64,000 nt of DNA, from positions 25,606,001 through 25,670,000 of the forward strand of contig OZ320321.1 of the NCBI GenBank assembly GCA_976226885.1, written 5' to 3'. Numbering within the stretch: the stretch's first letter is position 1; each line of letters opens with the position of its first letter. The notes under the pieces are model-generated. The model did no database searches and was not told the DNA's origin. It was given only the letters and a program-made list of their open reading frames with translations. Of this stretch, positions 37,005-49,979 are shown one piece after another. The position numbers were made by a program, and so were the translations under genes. This stretch comes from Iphione sp. A-MEVVRFRX5. Lineage: Eukaryota.

Positions 37005-37095
37005 TGAATATGCCTTTCTCCAAGATGCCGAAGGAGAAAACACCACCAATCAGCCCGCGACGAAGCGGTGGCAGAATTGGTTCTTCTGTATCAAG
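37005..37095 (+). CDS. KCNMA1: Linker exon (xNMPFSKMPKEKTPPISPRRSGGRIGSSVS), phase 1 to 2
   Basis: tcttcttccag acceptor, perfect AAG|GTGAGT donor, 91 nt; supplies the phase change needed to join 19939 to 42743. Confidence 0.85.
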
Positions 37096-40000
37096 GTGAG
37101 TCACCCGTTGACTAGAAGCGGCTATGATATATAAATATATGTATAGAAGATTAGTTACGTAAGTATACACTTTCCAGGTTCAGCTTCTCACCAACCTGGC
37201 AAATGCTCTCCGTCCTCCGCTGATGATGATAATGTCCTTACCGCTCGATATAAAACAGCAAATGGTAGGCAAAATCATGCTGCTAACAGTGAAGAAATTC
37301 CTCACTCTGTTGTACATATGACTTGAGCTCAGAGAAAATTGGAATAGAAAGTCTTTGTGTTTTTGAGAGGTTTGTGCCAATTCTCTTTCAGAATGTTCTT
37401 CATCGTAATGCTTTTATTGTTCCTGTTGTCATTTATTTCCAAGTTTAAATGTTAATAATTCTGATGTTACAGTATCTTTGCGACACCTAGGCTAAACTTT
37501 ACACTGACAGTATTTGTGCACATGTAACCTGTTGTATATTCTTTTACTGTGAATTTGCCTCCGTCATATTTCAGCCATTCTCCATAACAGTAAACTTGTC
37601 TGTGCGGTGGATATTGATATACTGCGTACTGTTTTCCACTCTTTCAGTTTTGGTAAACTCACATTGGCCTTTGCGTTGGGCCCATGGTAAATGTTCGAAG
37701 CTTTGTGACCTTCAGGTCTTTGACCTTGTATAACCTTGGATGCCCTTGATATGTCTGATCTTCTAGCCCTGACCCAATGCCCTTGGTATGACCTTGGATG
37801 TGGCTCTTCATGGGGAACACTTACCATATGTGACTGATATTTGCTCTTTAGAAACAGTCGCTTCCCGTTTTTGGGTATTTTCTCTTACACCAAAGTCACC
37901 ATTTTCGTTCACGTGAGGTACCCTTGAAAGACGCGAACTCTCAAACCCTACACCCGTTTCAGAACAAAAAACCATTCCCTATGTGAAGCCTCCTTACTTT
38001 TCGGACATTTCGCTTAATGGCTGTCTGGCTGTGGGTTATCATGGTAGTTGACCAATTCTATTACAGTTATAGAAAAAAAAAACTATAACAAAATGGGTAA
38101 CGGTTCCATACATATGCATCGTGTTTGGGAAACGTGTAATCGAAAATTATCTTTCAAAAAGGTCTGTATCCTAAAACAGTACACCTCGTTTCCAAGGTAA
38201 CCTAGTCTCAACCTTCCAAGTATTTTAAATTATTTTAATTTTGCATAATTAAGTAAAGGTGCATATTTATTTCCTCCATCTTTTCTTTAGCTTTTTCCCG
38301 ATGAACCAAACAAAACCTAGTCTGGACTCGTTCTGTGTATAGTTCAGAATAAGTTAAATGTCATGGGGTGTTCTTATTTTGATTAAGGGAAATCATTATA
38401 GAATGTCCCAAGGGTGTCATACGATTATCTGATTCTTCTGTACTATAAACAGGACGAACCAGATAAACTGGGAATCTCCTTAAGGGAAGGGAACTTCAAT
38501 AGTACAGATGACAACTTTGGACCACCCCTCTTTTGCTGTAAGAGTAAGCCTCCCTGGAAACTTACTAACAGTGCATGCAAAACATACTAGACATTACATA
38601 CGTGCAATCAGATAATGTAACTAGACATGCATGGTGATGCTGAGAGATTTGACAATGAGAATAAAAAATAGAAATGCAGGCTTTTCATATATTAAACACA
38701 GTACAGAAATTGTCATTGCTAATTGCAGGTCTAGCATCATTCCTTTTAGAATGTCGGCTAGAATCTAGCAGACACAATAATGTCAAACTTTGCAGTCAAA
38801 TATCATTCAATAAATTTTATGCATTATGCGATGAAGCCTTAATAGCCCAGGAACAGCCGGGATTGAGGTGCAAGAAGTACTTATATTGATGACATTATGA
38901 CTAGATATGGGATAAATCCATTCATCTGTGGAGCTCATCTAGAAGCTATGGTTCTGTGTTCGAATACCTCGTGTGTCCAAATGAGGCAGAAGTGAAAGGC
39001 TCGTTCTATGTGTCTGCATATGTGTGTGTTAATTTTGGCCTGCTGTATGTGTATATACTGGTAGACAAACTTGGTCTATAATGTCTTTGTCTGAATGGCT
39101 TAGATGTAATGGGGTGTGGCAGTCTATGGCCATGTTGGTGTACATACATAACAGTTGGCGTGTTCAAGGTGTGGTCGTGTCGCGATATGCTGAATGTAAT
39201 TGTGGCGGTGTAGACGATGGTGGATATCGGTAGCCTTTCAGAATATACCGTAAAACAGACAGTATACAAAAAAGTCGCTATTTAAAAATGTTTGCAATGT
39301 TCATATGTAAGCATAGTAAATCTATATTATCTGGATAGATATAGGTGAATAGAAATGCCAAGTTTGGACAGGTCAATTTTCGTCCCTCTTCTGTGGTAGT
39401 ATCCTTACAGCCTAGGGCTTCTACAGAAGGTCAAGCTACCGTTTGGTTCTGGACAAGCCTAGTTTTATCATGTGGGTTGGTATTTAAGTGGGTTTCCACC
39501 GTAAATAAGATTGCTGTTTTGGTATACAAGTACAAGTGCATAATAATCAAATGTGTACTATTCATCGGTCTTCAGGACCTGCTCTTTGTCAAAGTGTTTG
39601 TTTGCATGTTGGCTGTCACTCTGCCAGTTTAGATGTGTGTCTTGTGCAGGTTGGCAAGCTTGCAGGATATGAATATGGCATTTTGCAACATAGTAGAGTA
39701 TAAATACAGTATTTTGTAGGCGGTTTTTTTACATGTACATGGCATTTTGCAGCTTCTCTGTAGAATAAGATAAAAGTGTGTATGAGAGTTGAAAAATGTA
39801 TTGCAGATGATTTGCCAGTGCGCTTTCCAATACTCATGCATACGTGTCACAATATGACAAACATGCACATCCGTGATTGTTGAATGAATGTCTGCATATT
39901 GAATTTAGGATGTACGTAAGCTGTAAGTGCGAATGAGAAACCTGGATTCTTTAGATCGCAGGCCTGTTTTTCATGTCAAGTAGTGTTATTGTACTGTCGC

Positions 40001-40105
40001 CATTACTCTGTCAAGGGCATCATTTGTCTCTTAAAGCAGCTCCTGTCTTCATCATTTATCGACTTGAGCTCCACATTTGCATACTCATTGGTGTTTGCAT
40101 TTCAG

Positions 40106-40168
40106 CTCCATGGCCATTTCCGAGATGACTAAACCTCGCGAGGACCCGTCTAAAAACATCGAAATGAA
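40106..40168 (+). CDS. KCNMA1: Linker exon (SSMAISEMTKPREDPSKNIEMK)
   Basis: tttgcatttcag acceptor, GAA|GTATGA donor, 63 nt, phase 2-2. Confidence 0.7.
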
Positions 40169-41164
40169 GTATGAACCCACTATTTTTGGTTTGCAGAACT
40201 CTGACATGCTACTCTCCCGAAGTTTTCTGTAATGAATCTATGTCTCTCGTATTCTCTCTCTTATATTTAAGTTGTCTGTATCTCTGTCATCTCAGTCTGT
40301 GGTATTTTATTGTTTCACCAGAAAATGTGGACCATTTAGATGAACCAATGTAATATATAAACGCGACCCAGCCCATCTCATGTCAAACCATTTCTAACAT
40401 CTCTGTAAGTGTCGATCGTTCTGTAACGTTTACTATTGTATGTATCGACGAGGAACAAGTACAAAAAGGGTTATTGCACGTAATTCTTTTTCTTTTAGAC
40501 ATCCCATGTTTAAAAGATGTTTTCCTTGCTCGACAGGCTCACAGAAACAAGTCATTTCTTGTTGTTAGCACCAAGCAATATTGCTTGATTATTCTCCAGA
40601 GACAGGCAAAACCAAACCTAACATAAATAACCTGGTGTGTTACTTTCTACTAGTCATCCATATTACTCTTCCTTTTGATGTATCTCTCAACCCTCTAAAA
40701 ATTCTGAATCCTTTTGGTTATCTAGATGGTCCACCTGCATGGGTGTTCATGGAGCATTGAGCCCTGACAATCTCCTATACATCTCTAATGATTTCCTCTA
40801 ACTCTTAGAGAAAACGAACCATTCATTTTAGCACACTTCCCAGCCATTAGGCAAATTCCATCGCTTCCAACCTAACACATAACAGCAAGCAAAATTAACG
40901 TAGTCCGGTTATTCGTATAACGATATCTAATTAACGAGACATACGCTTCTACTTGAATTCTGGAGATGGGAGGACAACCTGAAAGATATTAGAATTTCAC
41001 ATGCTTCTCAACTACATTGGTGGAAATATTTGGATATGTACTGGTTGTCATTTGGTTTGGCTAATACCGCGAGAAAAAAAGTGAAGTGCAATGAGGACTG
41101 CATACCAGGGAGAGCAACGAGTTTGATCTTTTCTCTATTCCATATTGTTTCTTGATAATTTTAG

Positions 41165-41284
41165 AAATGCTTATGCTGATCCAAGAAAGAAAAATATTGG
41201 TATTAGTCTACAATCTGCATTACACATCGAAACACCAAATGGCCGTTACAGAGCGAAGCACACACCTGCGAACTGCAGTGTTGG
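41165..41284 (+). CDS. KCNMA1: Candidate 120-nt cassette exon (NAYADPRKKNIGISLQSALHIETPNGRYRAKHTPANCSVG)
   Basis: Pyrimidine-rich acceptor ending aattttag, TGG|GTATGG donor, phase 2-2, open frame. Confidence 0.45.
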
Positions 41285-42009
41285 GTATGGACAATATACG
41301 TTTTTCCTTGGAGAGACAGTCAAATGATAATCTGTACATGTCTGAACATAATCTTCCTGTAAGGAGGCACAAATCCACCGGCCACTATCTTTCTACATCT
41401 CTATTTTATGTCCGAAGGAAAATCGCCACAAGGCAGGGAAGCTCAGGGAATTTCAGAAGAAATTTATTTCTTATTTCGCTTTTTTCCAATCTTTCACATA
41501 GAGATACAGGTGGTACTTTTGGGTGAAGGCTTCTGTTATTTTTGCAGTATCAGGGAATCGCCTATTTTGTCGATTAGACATCTCTTCAAAGTAATCAATA
41601 CAGTTGGTAAATATTTATATTTACCAATGTTATTGATAAATTACTGTGGATGTTAACACTCCATTGTCATACAGTAGAATATTAACTGCTGACTAGCATG
41701 AAAACGCTACATTTTTTGCCCTGGTTATTCCATGTGAGAATGAGATAACAATTTGTCAACATAGGGAAAATGTATTAGCAGTGTATATAATATATGTATA
41801 CTCAGGATTTATTAACTCAAGACATGTAATAACCTTACAATCTAACAGTTTACCCAATTACTAAAAGTCTACCACAATTTATTTGCAGAGAAAATATTAT
41901 GTAGGAACGCTATTGGCGATAGAATGAGTGTCATAAAGATTTCCTTGTTTTACAAATTCTAAGTCTAAAATTAATAGAAAGACTGATCTCTGCAAGTTGA
42001 TTTATTGTC

Positions 42010-42075
42010 CTACTTTCTGCGTTTGACCTGAGACCTGAGTTTTCTACTTTCTGCGTTTGACCTGAGACCTGAGTT
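42010..42075. repeat. Perfect 33-bp tandem duplication
   Basis: ctactttctgcgtttgacctgagacctgagttt twice. Confidence 0.95.
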
Positions 42076-42203
42076 TTCTCATTACTAATGACGCTCATCC
42101 GTATTCGCCGCCCCCCCCCTTGCTCAAGCAGCTTTCATTGACACGTTCATTTTCCTATACAGCATGAAGCGCGGCCATATTGGACGTCTCGTTTAGCATC
42201 CCG

Positions 42204-42219
42204 CCGCCAGAGGGTGGCA
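42204..42219 (+). promoter_or_regulatory. CTCF-like motif in a CpG-rich patch with GCCAT (YY1-like) words
   Basis: CCGCCAGAGGGTGGCA, close to the CTCF core consensus. Confidence 0.25.
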
Positions 42220-42742
42220 ACGTCCCATGCGGGAAAGGCCCGGTGCGCCACCTGCATGACGAGCATGGAACTAACATCATCATAGCTCAACACAAAGAAT
42301 TTAAAGCAAAAGAAAGACAAAGGAACAAAAAAGAAAAAAGAATTGTGTATGGATTGAACTTCTGTCCACTATCCCTCACGTCCGTTATAGGGCCTTGAAA
42401 GCAAGACGTCGGCGCCATCTTTTGTTTAAACAGTTGCTAAAAGCAGCGGGTAAAGGTTTATCCCAGGTCCACTTCCTAAAATGAGCTGAGCATGTATTTT
42501 GTGGTTCATCGCGATAGACCTATCAGAAATAAATCATATACCAACGGACCAACCCAAGAAAACCTTTGACCTACTATTAAACTGTTTATTCATGGATTAC
42601 TATGCACAGTCTGGAGAGATGGCGCTCTTCGTTCTCCTTTGTGGCCTGTACCTGACGTCGAAATGTCTCTTCTAGAAAAAAAAAGATTCTCTTTCGTTTG
42701 ACTACAGAGCGATTCGTCGCATTCCTGCTTTTCTTGCTACAG

Positions 42743-42884
42743 GCCGTCCAGCCCGACAGGGGGACCGGAAGCGAACGTTGAAGGCCCCGATGGACTTCCG
42801 GATCCGGGTAATGACCCGCGGAAGTTCGACTCCACTGGCATGTTCCACTGGTGCCCTGAGCAACCCTTATCGACGTGCCTCGTG
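42743..42884 (+). CDS. KCNMA1: Slo1 exon, linker end (PSSPTGG...[27 protein letters not shown])
   Basis: cttgctacag acceptor, GTG|GTGAGT donor, 142 nt; conserved DSTGMFHWC. Confidence 0.96.
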
Positions 42885-45800
42885 GTGAGTATAGTTCGCT
42901 ATTATGACGTCATTGACAGAGACTGTCCTCTATATCCAAGTGGCCTAAAAGGCTGATACCGCGATTCGCTGATTAATGTCAGCCACAAATAGGTTAGCCT
43001 AAAATGATTCAAGTTACCTGTGGTTGTGTCTGACCTCTGATTTATAGATATGTCGAAAATATATGTGCGATGTGTACATAAACTCGTAATTGACCTCGTG
43101 ATAACCTTTACTTCAAATAATACACTTAATTGACCATAGGTGTAGTTACAAATGGAGCAGTTATCTAAGAAAACCCGACTATTGTTTCCCCGCCTTACCG
43201 CTTAGCATTTCATACCGAAAACTCGTTTGATTTTTTTGTGTTACTGCTAATCTTCCTCTCCGAAATATACTGTAAAACAAAGATGCTCACATCAGCCTGA
43301 AGCCTGAAAAATGCAGGAAGGGGAAAATCTTACTATTAGATCGTTACAGCATTGCATAATACGTACTAAAGATGAACTATTCAAAGAGAACGTGTTATAC
43401 GTCATGTAGACAAGAGAATTCTCTCCTTTAATCTGCACACTGTAGTCATGGAGTTGATAAGTAAGCTATGGCAAAATTACCGGATTGAAAAAGTAATTTT
43501 ATTTCTATAAACAATTTGTGTTTAATTTGTGTTTGTATGATTTCAAAACTAAATATATATGAGACGAAAATGACAGTAATTTAGAAGCACCAATGCAAAA
43601 AAGCTAGAAAGAAAAAAACTGCGGGGTAAAATCAGTTTTAAGTGAACTAATTTTTCATTCAAGAACGGTTTCAGTATGATGGGTAAGTGTAAGCTAAGCT
43701 ATTTGATTACAGAGAAATGATCCATGGCACCTAAATTCAATTCTATCTATCACATTAATGCGACCACAGTAGAAACCATATTTACTTATCTCCTGCAATC
43801 CAAATATGAACCGTGCATGGCATCCTGAGAGAATTGTTGAAGAGCAGGTGTAACGGCAAGTATTGTGTTGTTGTTTTAAGCCTGGTAGGGGAGAGGGAAC
43901 CCTCCATCCCAAGGTTAGTATATGTATGTGGATTCCATCGGCACTGCGTAGACCTTACATATACTCTGTATATATATATTATATACATTCCATTGCATCC
44001 ACTACCAGATTTTTACTGGCCTACCCCCCCCCCCTTTTTCATCTTCAGCCAGTGCAACATGGGCATGTTTTATTTCTTTTAAGTGTGAGAGCGAGGTGGT
44101 GCCTGCTGGTGCAGCTCTAACACTGGCAGTTAGTCATCTCCTGCAGAAATAACACCTGCCTTTCTTTTACCACTGCCACTCCCCAATGCTAGTTCAAAAA
44201 ATGGGATAATACCTTCATAAAAGGATATCGAAGAAGTAAAAGAACTTCCAACCTGGTGCACAATTCCAGTAAATGCACTGCTTTTCAAACCATCGCTGAA
44301 AGAAGCCGTATCGCTAACACATGTAAAGTTTATTCGATCAGATTCACATTTCTAATGCATATTTCCAGTCTTGTAAAGCTCATATCCATAATTTGTCGCA
44401 ATATTCATAGCGTAAATATAGACCAAACATTGCCTCCTATGCAGTCTCCTTTGCAAGCCACTGGGAGACTACAATAGCCAAGGCAATCAGAACACTTCAG
44501 TAAGCTTTCAGCATGCAATGCTCTGACCAGAACACTCGGGGAATGGACCTAGTATCTGAGCTGAAGATAATTGTTTCCTTCTTCTAACTCATAACCTGAG
44601 GTGTGTCTGCATCATGATTCCATGGAATAAAGGGGCTTTTTCCTTGCATCCAGCGTTTGTGATGAAAAAACACAATGCATCCGTCCCGTGTCACCGGAAT
44701 CTTTATCGTGGGATCAGCTTCAGAACTCACCAAGCTCGTTATTTGTGCATAGACCTTTGCATATCACGATGATTTGTATCAACTGCGCTTAAAAGAACCC
44801 CAAGTGGATGGGATGTTTTGTTGTGATGATTTTGTTACACCAATATTTTCTTTTGCATTATAGACGGCAGTCAATGTGACCATTTTGTCAACGCAATTTA
44901 CCGAATTTGATGCAAGCATCCACCTACAATAAAGGCAGCCACAGATAATTGTTTATTCAATATTCATTAGATGGGATTTCTTTTTCTTTAGCCAGTAAGG
45001 TTAAAGAATAATGGAAGTAGAAAATGATAGAAAACGAGTGAAACTTCTACCCCTGCCATTATTAGTAATTGTTGCATTTTGATGGGACAAAAGCCAGTAG
45101 AAACCTTATAGTCAGGCTTTTGGACCGTTTTACTCAGATTGTCTTAAACATATCCAGAGTCTCATTTATTTAAATTTACATATCATTCGACTCCTCTAGG
45201 GTAGCAACTTTTATATTTTGTCCTCTTGTATGAAAGTTTTTTTTATCTCTGGCCGTCTATATTGCCTTACATATAAATCTCTTCAAATCGTATTTTTAAA
45301 TATGACGTTGTTTTCTCTTCTAAATTTACAGAGGATATCCTTTACTAAATACTTCAGGTGGGGGTAAACCGAAGGAAATATTTTTTTTGTCTTTCGCGAG
45401 AAGGTATGTTATTCAGAAGGCAATGTGGTCCAGTTGAACTGCCAGTACGTTAGAATTTAACAGTCGTTTCATGATTGCCTGTGAAGTGTTTTCAGTTACC
45501 ACATACTAAATTCTAATTCTTATTTCGTCATGCTAGGAGCATTTTGAAACAGGAGAAATATATTATTTTCATGAGGATAGGCCATTGTGTCAAATGCTCA
45601 TGGATACGAGTAAATTCTTTAAATTAGAATTAAAACATTAGAGAAAATTATTTAATTCTATACATCAATTATTTTTCATTACCAGAGTTCTTTTTATAAT
45701 TTACTGTGCGATCATCATTTTACAGCCAGTGGAACCATTATGGATCACTTAACCACCTTAGATGCACACTGTTAGTCTTTCATCATCACTCATCCTTTGC

Positions 45801-48800
45801 ATCCAAGTTTGGGTAGGCTTTGCTGGTGAAGTTCAAATTCGTCTCCATGACTTGAGTATTCAGGGAAGACGTCCCGGGTACAGCTATAGTCTCTTCCTGC
45901 CTCGATCATCTACGGTCAGGAACTGTGCATTTGTTTATGTCCGTGTTCTCAAATCAATGGGCACCTCAGTTGAAACTGCAGATGGACGTTTAACCATCCG
46001 ATCAAGGCGAAGAACATTGAGGCCCATTTTCTTTGTTTCTCGTAATCTGTCGATTACATAACACCAAAGGCTCATAAAATACAGGAATGTCCTCTGTTTG
46101 ACCTCTGACAAACTCAGTATCTGTTCTCTTTTTCGAAAATTAAACATCCACTCAAGTACAGCACACAAGCACTGATAAAGGTTCTCCATATGCCTCACAT
46201 CCTGTGACTTAAAAACGACTAGACACTTTATGAAGATGTTGTTGCCAGTCTACCTCTGATTGAAATATCCCGAATGAAGTTCATGGCCAATTCGCACCAT
46301 TGCCTATTTGCTTCATAACTAATTCCCCATTGCCTATTTACTCCATAAACAATTCATTCCACTGACTCATTCTTTCCCTCCAGAAAAAGTTGAATTTAAT
46401 TGACGCCTTCTACATTTATCTAATGGACTTGCTTAAAAATGTAGTGTTTACATAGAAAGATGAGTAAGCGTAATTGAGCGCAAAAACTAAACCATGCCAT
46501 GACAGACAAGTGCAGCTGTGATAATTTCAACTGGTGCACATAAGCTATGGTGCGAATCGTCCGGAAACTGGTGTCCCCTCTGTGGTATCAAGGGTGTCAG
46601 ATTTGTTTACAATGTTAGTCAATCATCATTCGCGATGCTGGAAATATCGAGGCCTCACTGTGCTATATGTCATTACATATTAGGCGTCAGACGAATTGGT
46701 TGATGCCAAGAATGCGGTTTGCAGAATGAGACATGACTGTCGTAGAACACATTCAGAAAACAAATGCGTGACATGAGAGGTACCCATACATTTGACTTCT
46801 TCAATGTTACCATGTTTGCTGCAGCATGGAGATGAGGTTCCCGTGGAGGTACTTGTAATTTAGCAATTGCACCATCTAGCGATTCGAAATCAATAGTTTC
46901 CTTGGTTAACGTTTTGTCACTCGAATTTCAGGTCAAATCTTTCGATTCTTTACATTCCGAAAACTTGCATTACATTAGATTCTATTGCGTTACATAAAGT
47001 CAATTTCTTCGATGAGAAATTTACTCAATGCATGTTTAATGCACTCCCAATGGTTAACTGTGGTCATATTATTGCCTTCCGGCCCCGCATCTGTCAGGAA
47101 AGGATATACACGGTTATCCTACTTGCTTACTGTAAATTCCGGAAGATGAATACTCTCAAAGATAAAGGAGGTTTTTTTTCAAAAAAAATATTTTTGGAAA
47201 CATTTTCTTACGCTTCAATCATGAGCAGCCCGTGGACAATAGCTTGCAATTTAGGATAAGTTATCTTTTCCAAGATAAACATAATGGAAATGTGAGGTAC
47301 ATAGGGATAAACTATCTTCCGCAATTTGCGCCTTCTTTACGCAGGTATAAGCAGCGGTATTATTAGAAAACAAGATACACTTCATGTCCACACCTTTATG
47401 TCAACTATGAACACCGAATTAGGGAAATGCATTTGCCTATGTATAAAATCTAGCGATAAAGCTAAAGCTAGTACACTGCACACCTAGTAGGTAACTTGAG
47501 TTTTAGTATGCGAAAATCATCAAGAGAAAAGAGAAGAAAAGATTCTGCATAAATGACTGAGTTGATTGTCCTTGTTCTGTTGTATTGGTTGGTTTGATTC
47601 TTGTGTTACGTAACAGCCTAGCAGTCCAATACCCAGCTGCCAGTAGGCAAGCATGAACTTGATGTACTAAAAGACAACAGTGAGGCTGGCAATAGTTGAT
47701 ATACACTTCATTTCTACACTATCCTGTCAATTAAAGATTATTGCCTAACGGGTTTTAAGAGAGTGCCACGTTAGTACAAATTCATAGGAGACATAGAGGA
47801 CAAAGTCTAGGCTGTCTTACAAATGTGAAGGAAAGTTCACTGGGGAAACAAGCATGTATCCACAAGCGAGGTTTTACTAGATATATTCATGTATACAAGT
47901 GGCATGTTTGTCAATGTATGTCATTCCTCGGGAAATACCGTCGTTTCTCACCAGAGTGCATCGAAGCTTTCTGGTTAGGTTGCTGAGAAAAGGAGTCTGG
48001 AAAGCAAATTAGCCTTGACTTCCTTCTGGTAATTGGCATTCTACTAAGATTGCACACAATGCAGTATTATTAGGCCTACTATATATCTGTGGGTACAGAA
48101 TATGGTAATTTATGAAAACCCCTCACCATTCAGATTCCCTGTTACAGTTACGCTTTACTCTTCTGGCTCCGTCACCAGCTGGCACACGGCCACAAATTTT
48201 ACTTGAGCACCTACCCGTTCTCAATAATTTTCTACAACTTTCGCCGTAGGCGTCGCTAGTATCGCACGCCACTGCTTCCTGTCTTCTGCTTACGTCTGTC
48301 TGCTTCTTCATTTACGTCTATACGCGCTGTTAGTGTGTCTTTTTCTAGTCTTTGTCTCCATCCTTTTACACTTTTACATATATATTTACAGATTTCCTCT
48401 TTGTCTAGATACATCTTTGATAAATCTTTACAAAACGCAAAAAAAAAATCTCTATTTCCCTCTAATCTCGAGAAGGGTCCTTTGGTTATTGTACAGTATT
48501 TCCGACTTGATCATCGAAATGACATTCCTTTTTCCCTGATGATATGATTAAGCGCATGGTTATCTCTTGAGATTTGTCGAAGAGGATTAAATAACACACC
48601 TCAAATTTGTGCCCGAGTCTCCGGTCGCGGACTCAACTTCGGAACCACTCGAGCCATTCTTATTACACCTACTCCTACGTACAGCACTGTCGATTGTATT
48701 CTGAGAGCGCAACAGCTTATCCTGTAATTCGACCTGCATACGTGAAGAACGCAACAATCGACAAGATGTGTATTTGCCTAACTGTCCTTGGTTGACCTTG

Positions 48801-48803
48801 CAG

Positions 48804-49028
48804 GACCGAGAACAGGCCGCCATCACTGTCTTCAGCAATCACGTGGTAGTGTGCCTCTTCGCCGATGCGGGCTCTCCTCTGATTGGTCTACGCAACCTGG
48901 TCATGCCTCTACGGGCCAGCAACTTCCACTACAACGAGTTGAAACATGTGGTCATTGTGTGCGACAAAGAGCATATCAAAAAAGAGTGGAAGAGCCTCTG
49001 CAACTTTCCCAAAATCACCATTTTGGAT
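48804..49028 (+). CDS. KCNMA1: Slo1 exon, RCK2 start ([19 protein letters not shown]...[18 protein letters not shown]...NFPKITILD)
   Basis: ccttgcag acceptor, GAT|GTAAGT donor, 225 nt. Confidence 0.97.
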
Positions 49029-49821
49029 GTAAGTCAACCATTGCGGAGTCTCTGGGCCTCTACTCAGCTGGCAGCCACTAATACTCTTACAATCCCTATT
49101 TATTTCTGCAGATCTTGTTTCCTTCTCCTCCTCTAATAAGGGAACAGAATGAAAGAAGTCTACAGTTCATCATGGGTTTGTTGAAATTGTCATTATTGGT
49201 CTGTAATCGTCTTTTAATTTGGGCGGGCGGGTGTTCTACAGACATGCTTGCCTACTTCACAGTTGAAAACAATTTCTATCATATACATGTATTCAGATAC
49301 GTATTTTTGTCGGTCATGTGATGCACTGAAGAACTTTCTAAGTTCACTCCATTCTGCCCTAATTAAAAAAAAATAAGTAAACTCCCTCCACACCAGACAG
49401 CAGAAGGACTAGAGCAAGGCTGTAAATGGAGGAAAGTTGCCCTGAATAGCATCCGTATCTAAACATAGCTATGTTGGACATACCTTGGACTGTTACTTTC
49501 CTGTCCACAGTGTGAGTTGTCCGGAGTGAAGGGTTGTCCGTAATCCGCATTTTTACTGTACGTCAGTGTTGAAAACAGCTGCCCAAATTAACATACACTA
49601 CCAACTGCTAGCGTCCCGCAGCATTGGTTTGCCTTTTTGCTAACTTTTGTCAGCCCCTTTCCACTTTCCATCTTTTTTTTCTTTTCACCTCAAGACCTGT
49701 CTGGAGTCCTCATTCTCTGAGGTCCTCCTAACCAACCATCTCCCTGGCTTTATACTTACATGGTAGGGTAATGTGACACTGAGGTCAGACAAGTCTAGTT
49801 TGGCTCCGCTGTGCAGACTAA

Positions 49822-49979
49822 GGACCATCACCCATTCATCTGCTGCTTCTCTCTGCATGAACTGGCCAGGTAGCAACAATGGCCCCAAACTCTAGGTGCC
49901 AGTTCTCACATGCTGCATGCATGTGATGCTACATAGTCCATGAATGCAGGGGAACACGTGGAGGAATGGGTAATGGTCC
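49822..49979. mobile_element. PIF/Harbinger (Tourist)-like MITE, GG..CC termini, TAA TSD
   Basis: taa|ggaccatcacccattc ... gaatgggtaatggtcc|taa. Confidence 0.8.

Noticed and set aside
48123-48311. CpG-rich minus ORF with an RVKR motif and a GTGAGG donor
   Set aside because: No credible acceptor or partner exons; no homology recognised.
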